From an uncultured Bdellovibrionales bacterium (GTDB lineage: Bacteria > Bdellovibrionota > Bdellovibrionia > Bdellovibrionales > JAGQZY01), in the NCBI GenBank assembly GCA_965368905.1, contig CBDUOS010000003.1, positions 1 through 54,319 on the forward strand: 54,319 nt of DNA, in the 5' to 3' direction. Below the pieces are notes generated by a model that was not told the DNA's origin, made no database searches, and saw only the letters and a list, made by a program, of their open reading frames with translations. Below, one piece after another: positions 38,939-47,626 of the stretch; within the stretch, counting starts at the first letter, position 1; each line of letters starts with the position of its first letter. The position numbers and the translations under genes were made by a program.

Positions 38939-39661
38939 TTAGTGGGTTGTTACAATTTCAGGAATGATCACCTTCCCAGGAAGTTGACGTCCTTTAAGCT
39001 TCAACTTCAATTGATGTAGTTTCGCTTGACGAACATGATCCGTGCGTTCTTTTCGCATCTTAACCACTTCACGCTTCCAGTCTTCGTTTGGTCCTTGCAG
39101 GTTTTCCAATCGAGATTCCAAGCGCAGAATATTTTCCTCAACCACGTTCAAGCCCGGTTTGATATGGCTAATCTCTTGATGAATCTTCGAAAACTGTGAT
39201 TGCAGATCTTCGCGCATTTGCACTGACTGACTTCGTGATACCAGAATAGCCAATTGAGACTCTGACTTTTCAATCTGCTTTCCAAGTTCAACTTCAACTT
39301 CTTTGGCAGAATCAATTTCAAGAACGATCAATTGCAAGTTCTTTCGCGTTTCCTCTGATTCTTTACCCAAGAGTTCCAACTCCTCCATCAAGCGAATGGC
39401 CAAGTCGTCACGATCTTGATTGGCCGCAGCCTCCAGATCAACTTGCATATTGATTTTTTTTGCCTCAAGTTTTTCCAGCTGCGATTCAAACTTTTTACGC
39501 TGAAAGATCAACTCCGTTAGACTTTCCTTTAGTCTTCTTTGACTTCGTTTTTGTTTAGCAATCACAGCCTGTGCGGATCGTGATGGATTTTGTGCTCCAC
39601 TTCCAAACAAGTTTCTAAAGAAAGACCCAATGGCCTCTCCAATACGATCAAACAAATTCAT
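38939..39661 (-). CDS. pspA: PspA/IM30 family protein
   Basis: MNLFDRI amphipathic start, long coiled coil, RDDLA motif; follows pspC. Confidence 0.8.
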   Translation of the reverse strand: MNLFDRIGEAIGSFFRNLFGSGAQNPSRSAQAVIAKQKRSQRRLKESLTELIFQRKKFESQLEKLEAKKINMQVDLEAAANQDRDDLAIRLMEELELLGKESEETRKNLQLIVLEIDSAKEVEVELGKQIEKSESQLAILVSRSQSVQMREDLQSQFSKIHQEISHIKPGLNVVEENILRLESRLENLQGPNEDWKREVVKMRKERTDHVRQAKLHQLKLKLKGRQLPGKVIIPEIVTTH

Positions 39662-39692
39662 TATTACTCCTTTTTGGTTAGGTAATTAAAAG

Positions 39693-40076
39693 TTACTGCT
39701 GAAGTTCTTTGTAGCTCGGCAACAAGAAGTGCAACAAAACATAGATAAATAGAATCGTTCCAGCTGATCCAAACAATGCGAATACTGTGATCAAGCGAAG
39801 AGGAACAACATCAATGTCTAACTTTTCAGACAATCTTAAACAAACTCCCAAGACTTTGGGTTGCAAAGCTCGCTCTTCCTCCCCTTCGAGCGGCATTATG
39901 AAAGCCAATATAAAATATGGGATGAATCCGATTCCTAAACACAAGAAACTCAAAAACCAAATCAACCGCAGGGCTCCTGGGTTGAGATCGAATCGTTCAC
40001 CAAGTCCCTGGCACACCCCAGCCAGCCAACCTTCGCTCGATCGTGTCCATTGATTTTGTAAACGTAATGAATTCAT
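39693..40076 (-). CDS. pspC: Tandem PspC-domain protein
   Basis: RS..WLAGVCQGLGERF..R and a second VLGVCLRLSE..R repeat. Confidence 0.88.
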   Translation of the reverse strand: MNSLRLQNQWTRSSEGWLAGVCQGLGERFDLNPGALRLIWFLSFLCLGIGFIPYFILAFIMPLEGEEERALQPKVLGVCLRLSEKLDIDVVPLRLITVFALFGSAGTILFIYVLLHFLLPSYKELQQ

Positions 40077-40137
40077 TCTTTCTCCTTTGGCCTAGCGGCC
40101 GCTTTGACGTTAAAGCGACTCATCTCCTCAAGTCGCT

Positions 40138-40151
40138 ATATGTATACATAT
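40138..40151. promoter_or_regulatory. Perfect 14-bp palindrome upstream of pspC
   Basis: ATATGTATACATAT in an AT-rich promoter region. Confidence 0.45.
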
Positions 40152-40319
40152 TATGGTATACTAATATATATGTCTATATATTTTTTAGGGAACCTAGACT
40201 TCACGACTAAATTACTGAACTTACTTACCTTTCCAATGACTCAATTCAAGAAACTCCAAAAAGATGTACTCACTTACAAGAATTTTGTCAGGAAAAACCC
40301 CATTTTGGCGTTGTTCGAT

Positions 40320-40357
40320 AAGGTACGCCGTACCTCTTGGGAGGTACGGCGTACCTT
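40320..40357. repeat. Perfect 17-bp inverted repeat made of two AGGTAC-N3-GTACCT palindromes
   Basis: aaggtacgccgtacctc-ttgg-gaggtacggcgtacctt. Confidence 0.9.
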
Positions 40358-40438
40358 TTACAGCTGTACAACAATTTACAGGGGGGAGGTGGAAATGGGG
40401 CCAATGTGGTTCTCAAAGTGAGACAGGTTGGACTTGAG

Positions 40439-40454
40439 GGGAACGGTGCTTGCT
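40439..40454 (+). promoter_or_regulatory. Sigma54 -24/-12 promoter
   Basis: GGGAACGGTGCTTGCT = GG-N10-GC, 25 bp upstream of ATG 40479; SD GAGG. Confidence 0.7.
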
Positions 40455-40478
40455 CTTCCTATATATGAGGACAATTAT

Positions 40479-41300
40479 ATGAAGCTCACACTGATATCTA
40501 TATTATTCATTTTCACTGCAGTGGGTTGGAGTACCCCAGCCAAGGCGGAAACGACCCTTCCCTTCCTACAAGAAGTGATCAATGCAGGGGGCCGCTACGA
40601 CGACCGGACCTGTCCGGGAACGGCCAATCACCCACGCTATCGCAGACTCTGCTGCCATAGTGGAATCCGTTATCGTTGTAATTTTCTATACGATCAATTT
40701 CGCAACAACCGTTGTCGCCCATCTGTTAGAGCACGGCGTTGGCAACGCTGTCGCAACTTACCCAACCTTGATAGCGTCACTGAAGCCGAAGTGGCCGATG
40801 AACCTTCACGTCCGGTTGGAACTTACCCATTAATGAGACCAACAGGGGCCCTTTCTTATGCCGCTGACTTAACAGCTTGTGCTTCCTTTGGACGTCGACG
40901 TGCTGGTGGTGCGAACTATTGTGCCAGAGGTGTGCGACATGCTTTGGCCTGCTTGGCTCGTCGTCAGGGACGCCAAGTGGACAACTATTACCTGCATTGC
41001 GGAGGCAGCGCCTACAATTATTGGGGCGAAGGCTGCTTGGAGCGACGAGGTTTCGTAAACATGATCAATCGCGATCGCAATATGTGTAACCGTCCCGGCG
41101 TTGTACGCGTTTACTGGGGCGGAAACCACAGACAACGTGGTCACAGCGGCGGAGACTATCATGGACATATCGAATTTTTAGGAACTGATGGAATGTGGCA
41201 TGCTGGTGCGTCTTCATCGTTACCAATTGATCAACGATTGGGACGCAATCGACGCCGCCTGAAAGCTTGCTACGTATTGCCTGAGGGGAGGATCCAATGA
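40479..41300 (+). CDS. Secreted Arg/Cys-rich protein with C-terminal CHAP/NlpC-P60-like domain (putative peptidoglycan hydrolase)
   Basis: Signal peptide ending AKA; YCARGVRHAL, GGSAYNY, PGVVRVY, HGHIEF..DG.W. Confidence 0.65.
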   Translation: MKLTLISILFIFTAVGWSTPAKAETTLPFLQEVINAGGRYDDRTCPGTANHPRYRRLCCHSGIRYRCNFLYDQFRNNRCRPSVRARRWQRCRNLPNLDSVTEAEVADEPSRPVGTYPLMRPTGALSYAADLTACASFGRRRAGGANYCARGVRHALACLARRQGRQVDNYYLHCGGSAYNYWGEGCLERRGFVNMINRDRNMCNRPGVVRVYWGGNHRQRGHSGGDYHGHIEFLGTDGMWHAGASSSLPIDQRLGRNRRRLKACYVLPEGRIQ

Positions 41301-41779
41301 ACCGAATTTTAAATCTTTTATCAACCGTCTTAGTCATTTTAATTTGCGCCGCATGGTCGCAACGTGAGCAATCTTGTCACAATTGCATGGAGGCCACCGA
41401 CACCTTAAAGAAAGTGATGAGTACGCAGAAAGCTTTTCAAGAAAGAGAAGCCGACATGGAAAAAAACAATGTCGTTTTCGGCCCCACTGAAGAAAGACAG
41501 GCATTTGAGCTGGCACAGGGTGAAGCCTATCGTTTTGTTTGTGACGAAGGAAAGAAATCTCTGAACCCTCTTGAAAAACGAGCCTTGATGGAATTTGTTT
41601 TTGCTATGAATGATCTGAACATTGAAAGCGATGCTCTACATGATTTGAACGGGTGTTTTCGTCGAAAAGTTCAATTAAACAAAAAAGCTTACGGACATGT
41701 TGCGACCCAGATTGGCAAAGCTGCCCAATTGAGTGACTTCGTCGCCGAAAACCAACCCCACTACCAAGACGAGCGATAA
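41297..41779 (+). CDS. Hypothetical exported protein
   Basis: ATGA overlap with upstream gene; signal peptide; four Cys in the mature part. Confidence 0.7.
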   Translation: MNRILNLLSTVLVILICAAWSQREQSCHNCMEATDTLKKVMSTQKAFQEREADMEKNNVVFGPTEERQAFELAQGEAYRFVCDEGKKSLNPLEKRALMEFVFAMNDLNIESDALHDLNGCFRRKVQLNKKAYGHVATQIGKAAQLSDFVAENQPHYQDER

Positions 41780-41783
41780 TCCA

Positions 41784-44477
41784 TCACTCTGACAATCTTA
41801 AAAGTGACTGCCGCATCTCCTCAACTTTTGAAGTGATGCTTGCCAACAGCAGCTTATCGGCTTCGACAACATCCTCTGGGGCGTTAGCGAGAAACTTCTC
41901 ATTGGTCAGCTTGCTATTGATTTTTTTGATGTCTTTCTCTTGCTTCTCGATCAGTTTCTTAAGACGCGTGACCTCTTTATCCAAATCGACAAGGCCTTCT
42001 AAAAGTATGATGACATCCACTTCCGAGTCTCCCAAACGTATGGGTGCGACCGCACATTTCTTAAGGCTGTCTTTTTCGCTAATTGAACACTCGTTCAACG
42101 AAGCCAAACGAACGATTTCTGATTTATTGCTACCTAAAATCTTTTGTGACTTGTCATCTTTCGGGGACAACCACACGTCGATTTTCTCTCCAGGCTTGAT
42201 ACTGTTCTCACCGCGAATGTTTCGAATCGCCGTAATCACCTCTTTGACCAGCTCCATTTCAAACGAGGCCTCTTCACTACCAAGCCCCAACCAAGTCTGA
42301 TCTTTTTCAAACTCTGGAAACTCGTCGATAATGCAAGCTTCATTCTTAATAGGAAGCTTTTGATAAATCTCTTCTGTAATAAAAGGAGTGAAGGGATGCA
42401 ATAAGCGAACAATACGATTTAATGTTTGCGCCAACACCAACTGGGTGACTTGTTTTTGCGACTCATCTTCACCATACAAAACCGGCTTAGAAAATTCTAA
42501 GTACCAGTCACAGAACTCATGCCAGGTAAAAGAATAAATACGGTTGGCAGCATCGGAGAATCGCATCTCTTCCAAGTACTGGTTCACTTCTTTTTCAACA
42601 AGACCGGTCTGATAAATCAACCATTGGTCGGCAGTCGTGAGCTGAGTCACATTCACCGTGGCATCAGTGCCCTCTTCAGGGACTTTGAATCCCTCCATAT
42701 TGGAAAGGGAGAAGCGAGTGGCATTCCAAATCTTGTTCATAAAGTTTCTGTAACCCTCAAGGCGTTGCACAGAAAACTTCAAGTCTTTTCCAGTGGCCAT
42801 TTGAGACATCAGCGTGAATCGCAAAGCATCGGCCCCATAACTTTCAATCATTTCCACTGGATCAATGGAGTTGCCAAGGCTTTTCGACATCTTTCTTCCT
42901 TGGGAGTCACGAATCAAACCATGGATGTAGACTTTACGGAAAGGCACGTCTCCTTTCATTTCAAGACCCATCATGATCATACGTGCGACCCAGAAAAAGA
43001 TAATGTCATGTCCAGTGACAAGGACAGACGTCGGATAAAATGTTTTTTGGGTTTCAGTGTCTTCGGGCCACCCCATTGTGCTGAATGGCCAAAGCCCCGA
43101 ACTGAACCAGGTGTCCAAAACATCTTTATCTTGATGAATGTTTTTTCCTTTGCAGCCATCACATTGGCTGGCCTCACTCTCCACCACGGTCACATGGTCG
43201 CAGTCGTCGCAATACCAGGCCGGGATTCTGTGCCCCCACCACAACTGGCGCGACACACACCAGTCTTCAATTATGTTCATCCAATGCAAATAAGTCTTAG
43301 TCCACTGCTCCGGAACAAATTGAATCGTTTCATTTTCTACAACGTGGCGAGCCGGTGTGGAGAGATCTTTTGTTTTAACAAACCACTGCTTGCTCAAGAA
43401 CGGTTCCACAACGGCACCTGTACGATCGCAATACCCCACCGCATGCTGATGAGGTTCAGTTTTAACTATAATGTTCTTTTCTTCGAACTCTTTAACTATC
43501 TGCTTGCGTGCTTCTTGTGCTTTTAACCCCTGCCAAGGTCCACCGTTTTCATTGAGAGTTCCATCCACATTGAGAATATTGATAAACTCTAAACTGTGTT
43601 TCTTGCCTAACTCGTAATCGTTAAAATCATGGGCCGGAGTGACTTTCAATGCACCCGTTCCAAACTCTCTGTCCACATATTCATCGGTGATAATTGGGAT
43701 CTGTCTATCTACCACTGGAAGAGTGATCGTCTTTCCAACAAGGTGTTTGTATCGCTCATCTTCAGGATGAACACAGACTGCACTGTCACCCAAATAGGTT
43801 TCCGGGCGAGTGGTGGCAATGATCAATTGCTCGTCGGTGCCGTCCACCGTGTAAGCCAAGTGGTACAAGCTCCCTTTCGTATCTTTATGCACAACTTCAA
43901 GATCAGAGATCGCTGATTGTAAAGGCGGTGACCAGTTCACCAATTTTTCTCCTTGGTACAACCAGCCTTTATTGTAAAGGTGAACAAAAACTTTTTTCAC
44001 AGCCTTTGAGACGTCGTCATCCAAGGTGAACGTCTCACGCTTCCAATCCACGGAATCACCCAATCGTTTCATCTGCGAATAGATGCGATCACCGTAAGTT
44101 TTTTTCCACTTCCAAACTTCTTCGAGAAAGGCCTCACGACCCATCTCTAAACGGTCTTTGCCATCCTTTCGCAACTGTTTTTCTACAACCGCTTGGGTGG
44201 CGATTCCCGCATGGTCCGAGCCAGGCAACCACATCGCATTGAACCCTTGCATTCGCTTCCAGCGGATCAGTACGTCTTGAATCGTATGATCCAAGGCGTG
44301 CCCCATGTGAAGAAAACCCGTCACATTGGGGGGGGGCAAGATAATACTGTAGGGTCGTTTCGTCGACTGGTCTTCAGCTGCGAAATAGTTTTGCTCTTCC
44401 CAATGCTTGTAAATTCGGTCTTCAACATCACTGGGGTTGTAACGGTCACTTAGGTTTTCTGGCATTTTTGAAGTCAT
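41784..44477 (-). CDS. valS: Valine--tRNA ligase
   Basis: PPPNVTGFLHMGH, DWCVSRQLWWGH, KMSKS, C-terminal coiled coil. Confidence 0.99.
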   Translation of the reverse strand: MTSKMPENLSDRYNPSDVEDRIYKHWEEQNYFAAEDQSTKRPYSIILPPPNVTGFLHMGHALDHTIQDVLIRWKRMQGFNAMWLPGSDHAGIATQAVVEKQLRKDGKDRLEMGREAFLEEVWKWKKTYGDRIYSQMKRLGDSVDWKRETFTLDDDVSKAVKKVFVHLYNKGWLYQGEKLVNWSPPLQSAISDLEVVHKDTKGSLYHLAYTVDGTDEQLIIATTRPETYLGDSAVCVHPEDERYKHLVGKTITLPVVDRQIPIITDEYVDREFGTGALKVTPAHDFNDYELGKKHSLEFINILNVDGTLNENGGPWQGLKAQEARKQIVKEFEEKNIIVKTEPHQHAVGYCDRTGAVVEPFLSKQWFVKTKDLSTPARHVVENETIQFVPEQWTKTYLHWMNIIEDWCVSRQLWWGHRIPAWYCDDCDHVTVVESEASQCDGCKGKNIHQDKDVLDTWFSSGLWPFSTMGWPEDTETQKTFYPTSVLVTGHDIIFFWVARMIMMGLEMKGDVPFRKVYIHGLIRDSQGRKMSKSLGNSIDPVEMIESYGADALRFTLMSQMATGKDLKFSVQRLEGYRNFMNKIWNATRFSLSNMEGFKVPEEGTDATVNVTQLTTADQWLIYQTGLVEKEVNQYLEEMRFSDAANRIYSFTWHEFCDWYLEFSKPVLYGEDESQKQVTQLVLAQTLNRIVRLLHPFTPFITEEIYQKLPIKNEACIIDEFPEFEKDQTWLGLGSEEASFEMELVKEVITAIRNIRGENSIKPGEKIDVWLSPKDDKSQKILGSNKSEIVRLASLNECSISEKDSLKKCAVAPIRLGDSEVDVIILLEGLVDLDKEVTRLKKLIEKQEKDIKKINSKLTNEKFLANAPEDVVEADKLLLASITSKVEEMRQSLLRLSE

Positions 44478-44554
44478 CCCGACTATTTAGCATAAAATGG
44501 CGGGTTGCCCAACCCTCAACCTACACAAGTTGAATTTTTGAGTTATAATGGGGT

Positions 44555-44911
44555 ATGCGACCTATTTACCTGATATCACTTCTATTTCTTTTCTTTTGGG
44601 GCTCCCAGTTACGGGCTTCTAGTTTCGAAATTTGCGAATACAAATTGAAGGTTTTAGCTGTCTCAAAGACCACTGTTAAAGTGGAGATTCTTGAAACTAT
44701 TGTTTCACCAGGCTTCAATGCGCAAACACAATCTCTTGCTTGCCAGGGCAAAATTGTAAATGACCAAATCCCTCTTTCAAAAATTAGTGCGGGACAACCT
44801 CTGGCAAAAAAAGGGACCACAGTCAAAGCGGAATGGCGCTCCTACTCGGCTATGACTCCCAAAGGACCGATGTCATCGACGTCTTGGAAGTTCTATAAAT
44901 ACTCGAATTGA
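44555..44911 (+). CDS. Hypothetical secreted protein
   Basis: Signal peptide, two Cys; TATAAT ends 5 nt before ATG. Confidence 0.7.
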   Translation: MRPIYLISLLFLFFWGSQLRASSFEICEYKLKVLAVSKTTVKVEILETIVSPGFNAQTQSLACQGKIVNDQIPLSKISAGQPLAKKGTTVKAEWRSYSAMTPKGPMSSTSWKFYKYSN

Positions 44912-44924
44912 AGGTCTTGCCGAA

Positions 44925-45740
44925 TCAATCGTTGGAAGACTTGGGAATAAGGCCTTTGCCAGTAGAGATTAGAGTTCGCAACCAGAACGTAAGGGAATCT
45001 TCGGGGCGAATGTCTAAGTTTTTTACTCGCAAACCTTTTTCATCCAGGTCATGGACAATATTAATGGTGTCTTGTTTTGACTGCGGCGAATGGTCGAACT
45101 GAACACCAAAACCAATCTTTTTGGCTGTCTTGTGAAATACCACACGCCCCTTTAAAGTCACCGGATCGCGACCATCAAAGGGGATTTTTATAATGACCGA
45201 ATCTTCGTCACGAGGATAAATTGCGGACTTCAGAAAGAGTCCATTCACAGAAATATTTCCAACTTCGCCTTCGTGAATGACATCGTTGTCTTCAAATTGC
45301 CATTGGGATTGAAAAGCGCAATTGTAACGGGGCTTGATTTCCCACCATCGCATTCTTCGATCGAAATAGATGTTTCTTACTGCTGGAATCAAAAAGTAAA
45401 CCACGACAGAAATATTAACCAAATAGACAAGGAATAAAGGTACAAAACCGATGGAACCATTTTTGCTGAGAAAGCCGATATAGCTAAAGACAAACAGACC
45501 TGTAATGGAAACCAAGTACACATAAAAGCTCCATTTCTTACAGGAATAGATCGCGACCCCAGCAACAATGGGAGCCAACATCATAAACCAATTTTTTTCC
45601 AAATAGGGTCCGGTCGTGGCCATCTGAAAATACTCCCAAAGAGGCTCTCCGGAAATGAAAGCATTCAAGGCAATATTGCCTACTGGGGCCAAAAAATGGA
45701 AGAGGGCAAGAAAGACTAAACTCCAAGGGCGACGACGCAT
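44925..45740 (-). CDS. Membrane protein with C-terminal PilZ domain
   Basis: About 4 TM, then RWWEIKPRY..NISVNG..GFGVQF. Confidence 0.85.
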   Translation of the reverse strand: MRRRPWSLVFLALFHFLAPVGNIALNAFISGEPLWEYFQMATTGPYLEKNWFMMLAPIVAGVAIYSCKKWSFYVYLVSITGLFVFSYIGFLSKNGSIGFVPLFLVYLVNISVVVYFLIPAVRNIYFDRRMRWWEIKPRYNCAFQSQWQFEDNDVIHEGEVGNISVNGLFLKSAIYPRDEDSVIIKIPFDGRDPVTLKGRVVFHKTAKKIGFGVQFDHSPQSKQDTINIVHDLDEKGLRVKNLDIRPEDSLTFWLRTLISTGKGLIPKSSND

Positions 45741-45745
45741 GACCC

Positions 45746-45775
45746 ATGATATCTTTAGAATGAATACAGTGGCAA
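45746..45775 (-). promoter_or_regulatory. Sigma70-type promoter abutting the start codon
   Basis: TTGCCA-N18-TATCAT-N5-ATG. Confidence 0.5.
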
Positions 45776-45785
45776 GTGTATATAA

Positions 45786-47012
45786 TTATTGCGTATTTTT
45801 AGCGACTTGCTGCGGATTGGGCAGCTGACTAATAATAAAGACAAATAAAATGATCCCCACCGCAGCCATCGCACCAGAGGTGAAAAAAGGCGCCCCTTGG
45901 GAAAATTCTTGATACAGCCATCCTCCAAAAATAGGGCCGACAATTCTACCAACGGCTCCCATAGAATTCATCACCCCTAGGACATAGCCTTGGTCGTCTT
46001 CATCGGTTAGCACCGAGGCCAAACCGACAATGGGAGGCCGCATGCACCCATTCCCTATCGCCAGCAAGGTCATCACAAGAGCCAACGCTAAAATACTGTA
46101 ACTCAATCCAATGCCAATAAATGAGATGGTCATTGCAATGAGGCCGAACATCAATGTGTTCTTCTCACCAAAACGAGGGATCCATTTGCGGATGAAGTAT
46201 CCTTGGGTGATGACCATCATAATTCCAACATAGGCAAAACTAATGGAAGCCAGTTCGTAATCCCAACCGAATCGGTCTTGCACGAATGGAAAAACCATCA
46301 CTTCCATAAGAGCCATAGCTAAGCTCATCAAAAAGAAAATAACAAACAATGAACGTAACAATGGTTTTTTAAAAATAACGGATAGAGACTCCCAGCGTCC
46401 CACTCGCTCTGTGGGCCCCTTTCTTTCTGTGATCGTTTCCGGAAGCATAAAGTAAGCCAAACACAAATTAAGCAAATTCAGACCGGCAGCGACAAGAGCT
46501 GAAAACTGAATCCCAAACGGAGGTTCCGCCCCCAATCTTTCTCCAATGGGGCCAGTGATTCCAGCGATGACGGGACCAAAAATAAAGCCCAAGCCAAAAG
46601 CGGCTCCGATCAACCCCATTCCCACCGAACGCTTGTCCTTGGGGGTAATGTCGGCAATGTAAGCCTGCGCGGCCGAGATGTTGGCTGCGAAAAAACCCGC
46701 CATTCCTCGTGCCACAAAAAGCAAAATCAATTGATTAGAGAAGGCAAAAAATGAATAGGACAGCACCGACCCGAAAAGGCTTATGAGGATAATGGGTCTC
46801 CGCCCGAAGCGATCGCTCAGTCTTCCCCACATTGGAGAAAACAGAAACTGCATAAAGGAGTAAATGGCCATCAATAAGCCCATCTCCAATTCGGTGGCCC
46901 CATACTGTCTAGCCAAATAGGGAGAAAGCGGAAGGATGATTCCGAAACCCACAAGATCGAGAAAGACGGTAAAAAAGATCAATTTGAGGGCACGCTTCTG
47001 ACTGACATCCAT
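45786..47012 (-). CDS. MFS transporter, TetA/DHA1-like
   Basis: DLVGFGIILP, GRLSDRFGRRP, GFIFGP; about 12 TM. Confidence 0.93.
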   Translation of the reverse strand: MDVSQKRALKLIFFTVFLDLVGFGIILPLSPYLARQYGATELEMGLLMAIYSFMQFLFSPMWGRLSDRFGRRPIILISLFGSVLSYSFFAFSNQLILLFVARGMAGFFAANISAAQAYIADITPKDKRSVGMGLIGAAFGLGFIFGPVIAGITGPIGERLGAEPPFGIQFSALVAAGLNLLNLCLAYFMLPETITERKGPTERVGRWESLSVIFKKPLLRSLFVIFFLMSLAMALMEVMVFPFVQDRFGWDYELASISFAYVGIMMVITQGYFIRKWIPRFGEKNTLMFGLIAMTISFIGIGLSYSILALALVMTLLAIGNGCMRPPIVGLASVLTDEDDQGYVLGVMNSMGAVGRIVGPIFGGWLYQEFSQGAPFFTSGAMAAVGIILFVFIISQLPNPQQVAKNTQ

Positions 47013-47084
47013 GATGCCCAATTTGCCCTCTGTGAAGAAAATTAGCAAGAGCTCCCAGGCTTGGGAGCATCAAGACATGAGGTT

Positions 47085-47600
47085 TTAGGCCTCGGGAGAA
47101 CTGTTGGGTTTAGGGATTTCCAAGTTAGGTTGCTGAATGTTGGGATCCGGAACCACGGTGTGCCCTTGGTCAATCATGGCCAAATGGGCTTTTACCAAAG
47201 ATTTCAAGCCGGCCTCGAACTGCATTCGAGATTTTTTCAGGTCATTGACGTCTTGGTACATATTGCGCAGAGATTCTCGTGCCTCTCGAATAATAATGTC
47301 AGAACGCTGACGGGCTTCACGCACAATCAACTCTGCTTCTTTTTGAGCTTCAACTTTCATTCTTTCAGACATCTGTGAAGCCGTTTGCAGCGTCTGCTTC
47401 AGCGTTTCTTCTCGCTCTTGGTGCTCTTGAACAGAAACTTCTAAGGTTTTTTGTTTTTGCAAGAGTTGCTCGTTTTGGCGGGCTAGGGTCTCAAATTCAT
47501 CAGCTATATCGCGCAGAAAGTCGTAAACTTCTTCGGTGTCCAAACCAAAAAGTTTGCGCCCAAAGGTTTTGTTAGCAATGTCGATGGGTGCGATTCTCAT
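47085..47600 (-). CDS. divIVA: DivIVA domain protein
   Basis: APIDIANKTF..GLDTEEVYDFL + coiled coil; SD GGAGG. Confidence 0.92.
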   Translation of the reverse strand: MRIAPIDIANKTFGRKLFGLDTEEVYDFLRDIADEFETLARQNEQLLQKQKTLEVSVQEHQEREETLKQTLQTASQMSERMKVEAQKEAELIVREARQRSDIIIREARESLRNMYQDVNDLKKSRMQFEAGLKSLVKAHLAMIDQGHTVVPDPNIQQPNLEIPKPNSSPEA

Positions 47601-47626
47601 AATTCCCTCCCTGGTCATTATTGTCG

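Noticed and set aside
40104-40421. 105-aa ORF in the psp/CHAP intergenic region
   Set aside because: TTG start; runs through palindromes and AT-rich promoter DNA; better explained as regulatory sequence
41375-41392. CHNC as a c-type heme site
   Set aside because: No His after the second Cys (CxxCM)
42519-43526. 335-aa ORF antisense to valS
   Set aside because: Antisense shadow of a conserved essential gene; no domain signal
45786-47012. Acquired tetracycline-resistance gene
   Set aside because: Generic DHA1 transporter in housekeeping context; no tetR or mobile element
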